A stretch of 64,000 nucleotides of DNA from Alkalispirochaeta sp. (lineage in GTDB: Bacteria; Spirochaetota; Spirochaetia; DSM-27196; Alkalispirochaetaceae), in assembly GCA_965601925.1 (NCBI GenBank), contig OZ271854.1, positions 2,272,001-2,336,000 of the forward strand, in the 5' to 3' direction. Below the pieces are notes generated by a model. That model worked only from the letters and a program-made list of their open reading frames with translations. It had not been told where the DNA came from and ran no database searches. Of the stretch, positions 60,646-64,000 are shown one piece after another; position 1 is the first letter of the stretch, and every line of letters starts with the position of its first letter. Position numbers and translations under genes: made by a program.

Positions 60646-61838
60646 TATACGGCTCCTCGTTCTCGGATCGTGTTAATCTGGTTCTCGTCGTAGCCGAGCT
60701 CGGCAAGGATCTCCGCGGTGTGCTCGCCGAGTTCCGGTACCGGGGGTCTCGTAGTATCGTCGTCCATGGAGCTCATTTTTATCGGATTTCCCGCAACCCG
60801 GACCGTTCCCGCCAGGCGATCTTCGACCGTGGCGATCATGTTGCGTGCATGGATTTGACGGTTCTGCATCACTTGCTCGATCTGGTTGATTCTGCTATGC
60901 GGGATACCGCGCTCGCTGAAGACTCCCGACCATTCACCGACGGTGCGCTGCGCAAGGAGGGACTCGACTACGGCGTTGAGCTCTTCCAGATTCTCGGTAC
61001 GTTTGGGGTTGGTCGCGAAGCGCGCGTCGGTGGCGAGATCGGTACGCTCGACAACCTCGCAAAAGGTCTGCCACAGCCCGTCGTTGCCGATTGCGATTAC
61101 GATCCAATCGTCTTTGGCTTTGTACGCTTGGAACGGACTTATGGTCGGATGGCGGTTGCCGAGGGGTTCCGGACTCGTCCCGTCGACCTGGTAGCGTGCG
61201 AGGGCGTTCTCGAGTATTGCCACCTGGCAGTCGAGCATTGCAACATCTATCTTCTGGCCGACGCCCGTCTCATGGCGTCGACTAACGGCGGCCAATATAC
61301 CGATGGCGGTAAAGAGCGCCGCCCCGATGTCTCCGATGGAGCACCCGACGCGCGTAGGCGGGGCCCCCGGCCAGCCGGTGACACTCATGAGGCCGCCGGC
61401 GGCCTGGGCGAGGATATCGTAGGCCGGTTTGCGGCTGTCCGGGCCGGTGTGACCGTACCCCGATGACGCTGCGTATATCAAACGGGGATTGATCTCGCGG
61501 AGCGCTTCGTATCCGAATCCGAGTTTTTCCATTACCCCGGGGCGGAAGTTTTCAACGAGAATGTCATGCTCTTCGACCAGCCGTCGAAATATCTCCTTGC
61601 CCGTCTCCGTCTTGAGGTTGAGCGTCATACTTCGCTTACCGCGGTTGATGCTGACGAAATAGAGGCTGCGTCCGTTCTTGAAGGGACCGAAGTGTCGGGA
61701 GTCGTCTCCTATCCCGGGCATCTCGATCTTGAGTACCTCGGCACCGAGGTCGGCCAGGAGCATGGTTGCGAAGGGACCTGCCAGGACGCGCGTCATATCC
61801 AACACCCGCAGGCCCGCAAGCGGTTTCTCTTTTGACAT
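60645..61838 (-). CDS. Family III CoA-transferase (CaiB/BaiF)
   Basis: PLAGLRVLDMTRVLAGPF, NRGKRS, VENFRPG, PAYDILAQA, PELGEHT. Confidence 0.96.
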   Translation of the reverse strand: MSKEKPLAGLRVLDMTRVLAGPFATMLLADLGAEVLKIEMPGIGDDSRHFGPFKNGRSLYFVSINRGKRSMTLNLKTETGKEIFRRLVEEHDILVENFRPGVMEKLGFGYEALREINPRLIYAASSGYGHTGPDSRKPAYDILAQAAGGLMSVTGWPGAPPTRVGCSIGDIGAALFTAIGILAAVSRRHETGVGQKIDVAMLDCQVAILENALARYQVDGTSPEPLGNRHPTISPFQAYKAKDDWIVIAIGNDGLWQTFCEVVERTDLATDARFATNPKRTENLEELNAVVESLLAQRTVGEWSGVFSERGIPHSRINQIEQVMQNRQIHARNMIATVEDRLAGTVRVAGNPIKMSSMDDDTTRPPVPELGEHTAEILAELGYDENQINTIRERGAV

Positions 61839-62004
61839 GGTACATCTCCGTTGGTGGATGAAGCATAGTATATCATGGGAGGAGACTCCGCGTTAATAAC
61901 GAGTAAATCGACTCGACAGCGTTGAGAGTACGGCGTCGTTCCTCGGTATCATAGCGTACGAACCGCGTACCGGCGTCGCGACGATTTGGTGTTCGGGAGA
62001 GATT

Positions 62005-63117
62005 ATGAATAGACATGTCATACGAGCGCTGCGTACCGGCGATGCGCCCGAAGCGGCCCGAATTTTACTCAACGCATTTGCGGCGGACTTTCCTCTTGCG
62101 TGGCCGACCTTGGACTCCGCTCGCCGCGAGGTGGATGAAGCGTTGGATCGGGAACGGCTCGCCCTCGGGGCGTGGACTCGCGACGATACGCTCGTCGGAT
62201 GGATCGGAGCGATCCCGCAATATCGTAAACAAGAAGTGACAACGGGCTGGGAACTCCACCCGTTTTGCGTCGATCCGTCGAGCCACGGGCGAGGAGTCGG
62301 CCGGATGCTCGTGCGCTCGTTGGAGAAAGAGCTACACCGCCGCGGGGCTACGGTGGTATACCTTGGTACCGACGACGAGTCGGGTAGGACGATCGCCGCC
62401 GATAGAGAGCTTCCAGACATTCCGCAGGTAATAACGGAGCTCGAACGGCGAACCGATTCGGGATCACGAGTCGATCATCCCTATGCGTTCTACCGGCGGT
62501 GCGGCTATCGGATCGTCGGTGTGATTCCCGACGCAAGCGGTATCGGTCGTCCCGACATCCTCATGGCTCATCGTCTGGTTGAGCACCCCGCGGTTGCCCA
62601 CACAGATCGAGCGGCGCCTACCGAGGCGCCGGACTCACGGATCGATGGTATCGATCGGAGCGATGGTATCGATCGGATCGAAGCTATCGATCCGGCGGAG
62701 GCTCCGTTGGATCTTCTGATGGAAGCCGATCCGTCGGAGGAACGTATACGGTCGAATCTGAAGGATGCTCGCTGCTACGCCGTCCGTATCGCCGACTCGA
62801 TTGCGGCGATATGCGTCGTTGTGGACCTCTCCGGCGACCGCGCGGAGCTCGTCAACATCGCCGTACGTCCCACGCTGCGGGGTCGCGGTCTCGGTTCGCG
62901 TCTGCTCGATGCCGCGATCGATCGTACCCGCGAGCGTGGGATGGCTCACATGGAAGTGGGCACCGGCACGTTCGGCTACCAGCTTGCCTTCTACCAGCGC
63001 CGCGGATTTCGTGTGGCGTCGATCGTGCACGATTTTTTTCTCGATAATTATCATGAACCGGTCTTTGAGGCGGGGTTGCGCCACGTGGACATGATACGCT
63101 TGAGCCTGTCGTTGTGA
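62005..63117 (+). CDS. Tandem GNAT acetyltransferase (N-domain AAC(6')-I-like)
   Basis: GWIGAIPQY..GWELHP, YLGTDDE, HPYAFYRRCGYRIVGVIPDASG.GRPDILM; second GNAT LLMEADPS..NIAV..RGRGLG..FYQRRGF. Confidence 0.9.
   Translation: MNRHVIRALRTGDAPEAARILLNAFAADFPLAWPTLDSARREVDEALDRERLALGAWTRDDTLVGWIGAIPQYRKQEVTTGWELHPFCVDPSSHGRGVGRMLVRSLEKELHRRGATVVYLGTDDESGRTIAADRELPDIPQVITELERRTDSGSRVDHPYAFYRRCGYRIVGVIPDASGIGRPDILMAHRLVEHPAVAHTDRAAPTEAPDSRIDGIDRSDGIDRIEAIDPAEAPLDLLMEADPSEERIRSNLKDARCYAVRIADSIAAICVVVDLSGDRAELVNIAVRPTLRGRGLGSRLLDAAIDRTRERGMAHMEVGTGTFGYQLAFYQRRGFRVASIVHDFFLDNYHEPVFEAGLRHVDMIRLSLSL
62638..62691 (+). repeat. 3 x 18-bp in-frame tandem repeat in the inter-GNAT linker
   Basis: cggatcgatggtatcgat / cggagcgatggtatcgat / cggatcgaagctatcgat (RIDGID RSDGID RIEAID). 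Confidence 0.85.
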
Positions 63118-63172
63118 TGCGGTTTGAGCAACGGCACGTGATCCGGTATTATGACGACGAGAGGTATATCGC

Positions 63173-64000
63173 ATGATCACACTCCGTCCCGACTCCCGAT
63201 ACGCCCTCGTCGTACCGACAAGTATGGGAGTGCGCATTACGCCCGTGGCGGGCCAGCCGGCGTACGCGTCCACAACCTTTGAGATGCACGCCACGAGCGC
63301 CGAAACGAATGCTGCCAGCGTCGTCTCGTATTTGGGATTGCCGGTTAAGATTCTGACCGCTTTCGTAAAAGATAGCCCGATTGCCCGGCTGATCAAGGAC
63401 AATCTCGCCTCACGCCACATCGAGTACGAGGGGCCGGAGCGCGATCAAGGCGGCCCGTGGGGTTACCGTCACCAGTTTAACATCGCCGACAGCGGTTTCG
63501 GCTCCCGGGGTCCACGCGTCCACAATGACCGTGCCGGTGAGGTCGGACGCACCCTCACCGTCGAAGATTTCGATTTACAGCGACTCTTCGACGACGACGG
63601 TGTGCAGATTCTCCACGTGTCGGGACTTTTTGCCGCGCTATCGGAACAGACGGGGCGGTTCTCCCTGGAGCTCGCCCGGGCGGCCAAGCGGTACGGGACA
63701 CGCATATCGTTCGATCTCAACTATCGCTCGTCGTTCTGGCGAAATCGGGAGAGAGAATTGCGCGAGATATTCCACGAGATCGCCGGGATTTCGGATGTTC
63801 TCGTCGGTAACGAGGAGGACTTTCAGCTGTGCCTAGGACTCCAGGGCCCTGAGGCGGGCGGGAAAGCGATAGCCGACAAAATCGACAGCTTTCAGTCCAT
63901 GATCGCCGAAGTACGGCGAAGCTATCCGCAGGTTGCGGCGTGCGCAACGACGCTCCGCGAGGTCATAAACACGAATCGTCATCTATGGGGTGCCGTGCTC
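63173..64000 (+). CDS. PfkB-family sugar kinase (2-keto-3-deoxygluconate kinase-like), runs off the window end
   Basis: Absent from the ORF track because it has no stop; SD GAGG; translated by hand: MITLRPDSRYALVVPTSMG..SAETNAA..SGLFAALS..ISFDLNYRSSFW..VGNEEDFQ. Confidence 0.9.
   Translation, partial: MITLRPDSRYALVVPTSMGVRITPVAGQPAYASTTFEMHATSAETNAASVVSYLGLPVKILTAFVKDSPIARLIKDNLASRHIEYEGPERDQGGPWGYRHQFNIADSGFGSRGPRVHNDRAGEVGRTLTVEDFDLQRLFDDDGVQILHVSGLFAALSEQTGRFSLELARAAKRYGTRISFDLNYRSSFWRNRERELREIFHEIAGISDVLVGNEEDFQLCLGLQGPEAGGKAIADKIDSFQSMIAEVRRSYPQVAACATTLREVINTNRHLWGAVL

Noticed and set aside
62638..62691. Short repeats as a CRISPR or mobile-element remnant
   Set aside because: Contiguous in-frame 18-mers with no spacers; no cas or transposase genes in the window.

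Overview
A gene-dense, GC-rich (about 60% by eye) chromosomal window from a free-living spirochaete (Spirochaetaceae-like). The cytoplasmic filament gene cfpA is the diagnostic marker. I see no rRNA, tRNA, CRISPR array, transposase or phage genes. Left to right it carries: a Phd-VapC toxin-antitoxin pair; divergent metE/metR; an NrdR-boxed class III ribonucleotide reductase operon whose glycyl-radical segment is split onto a separate redoxin-fused protein; a SiaABCD-like partner-switch/c-di-GMP operon with an embedded PhcB-like methyltransferase; a split amino-lipid acyltransferase pair; an ArsR/SRPBCC/XdhC/SufU operon with visible operators; a 2259-aa pseudokinase-STAND-hybrid histidine kinase upstream of a diguanylate cyclase; two chemoreceptors that share one sensor module; the cfpA locus; and catabolic and GNAT genes. 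The best candidate for an undescribed system is cfpA followed by a protein with a cryptic HPr-like domain and a PPDK homologue that has lost its ATP-site residues but kept the phospho-His and PEP site. This suggests a PTS-like phosphorelay tied to the spirochaete cytoskeleton. All family assignments come from motif recognition by eye; no searches were run.
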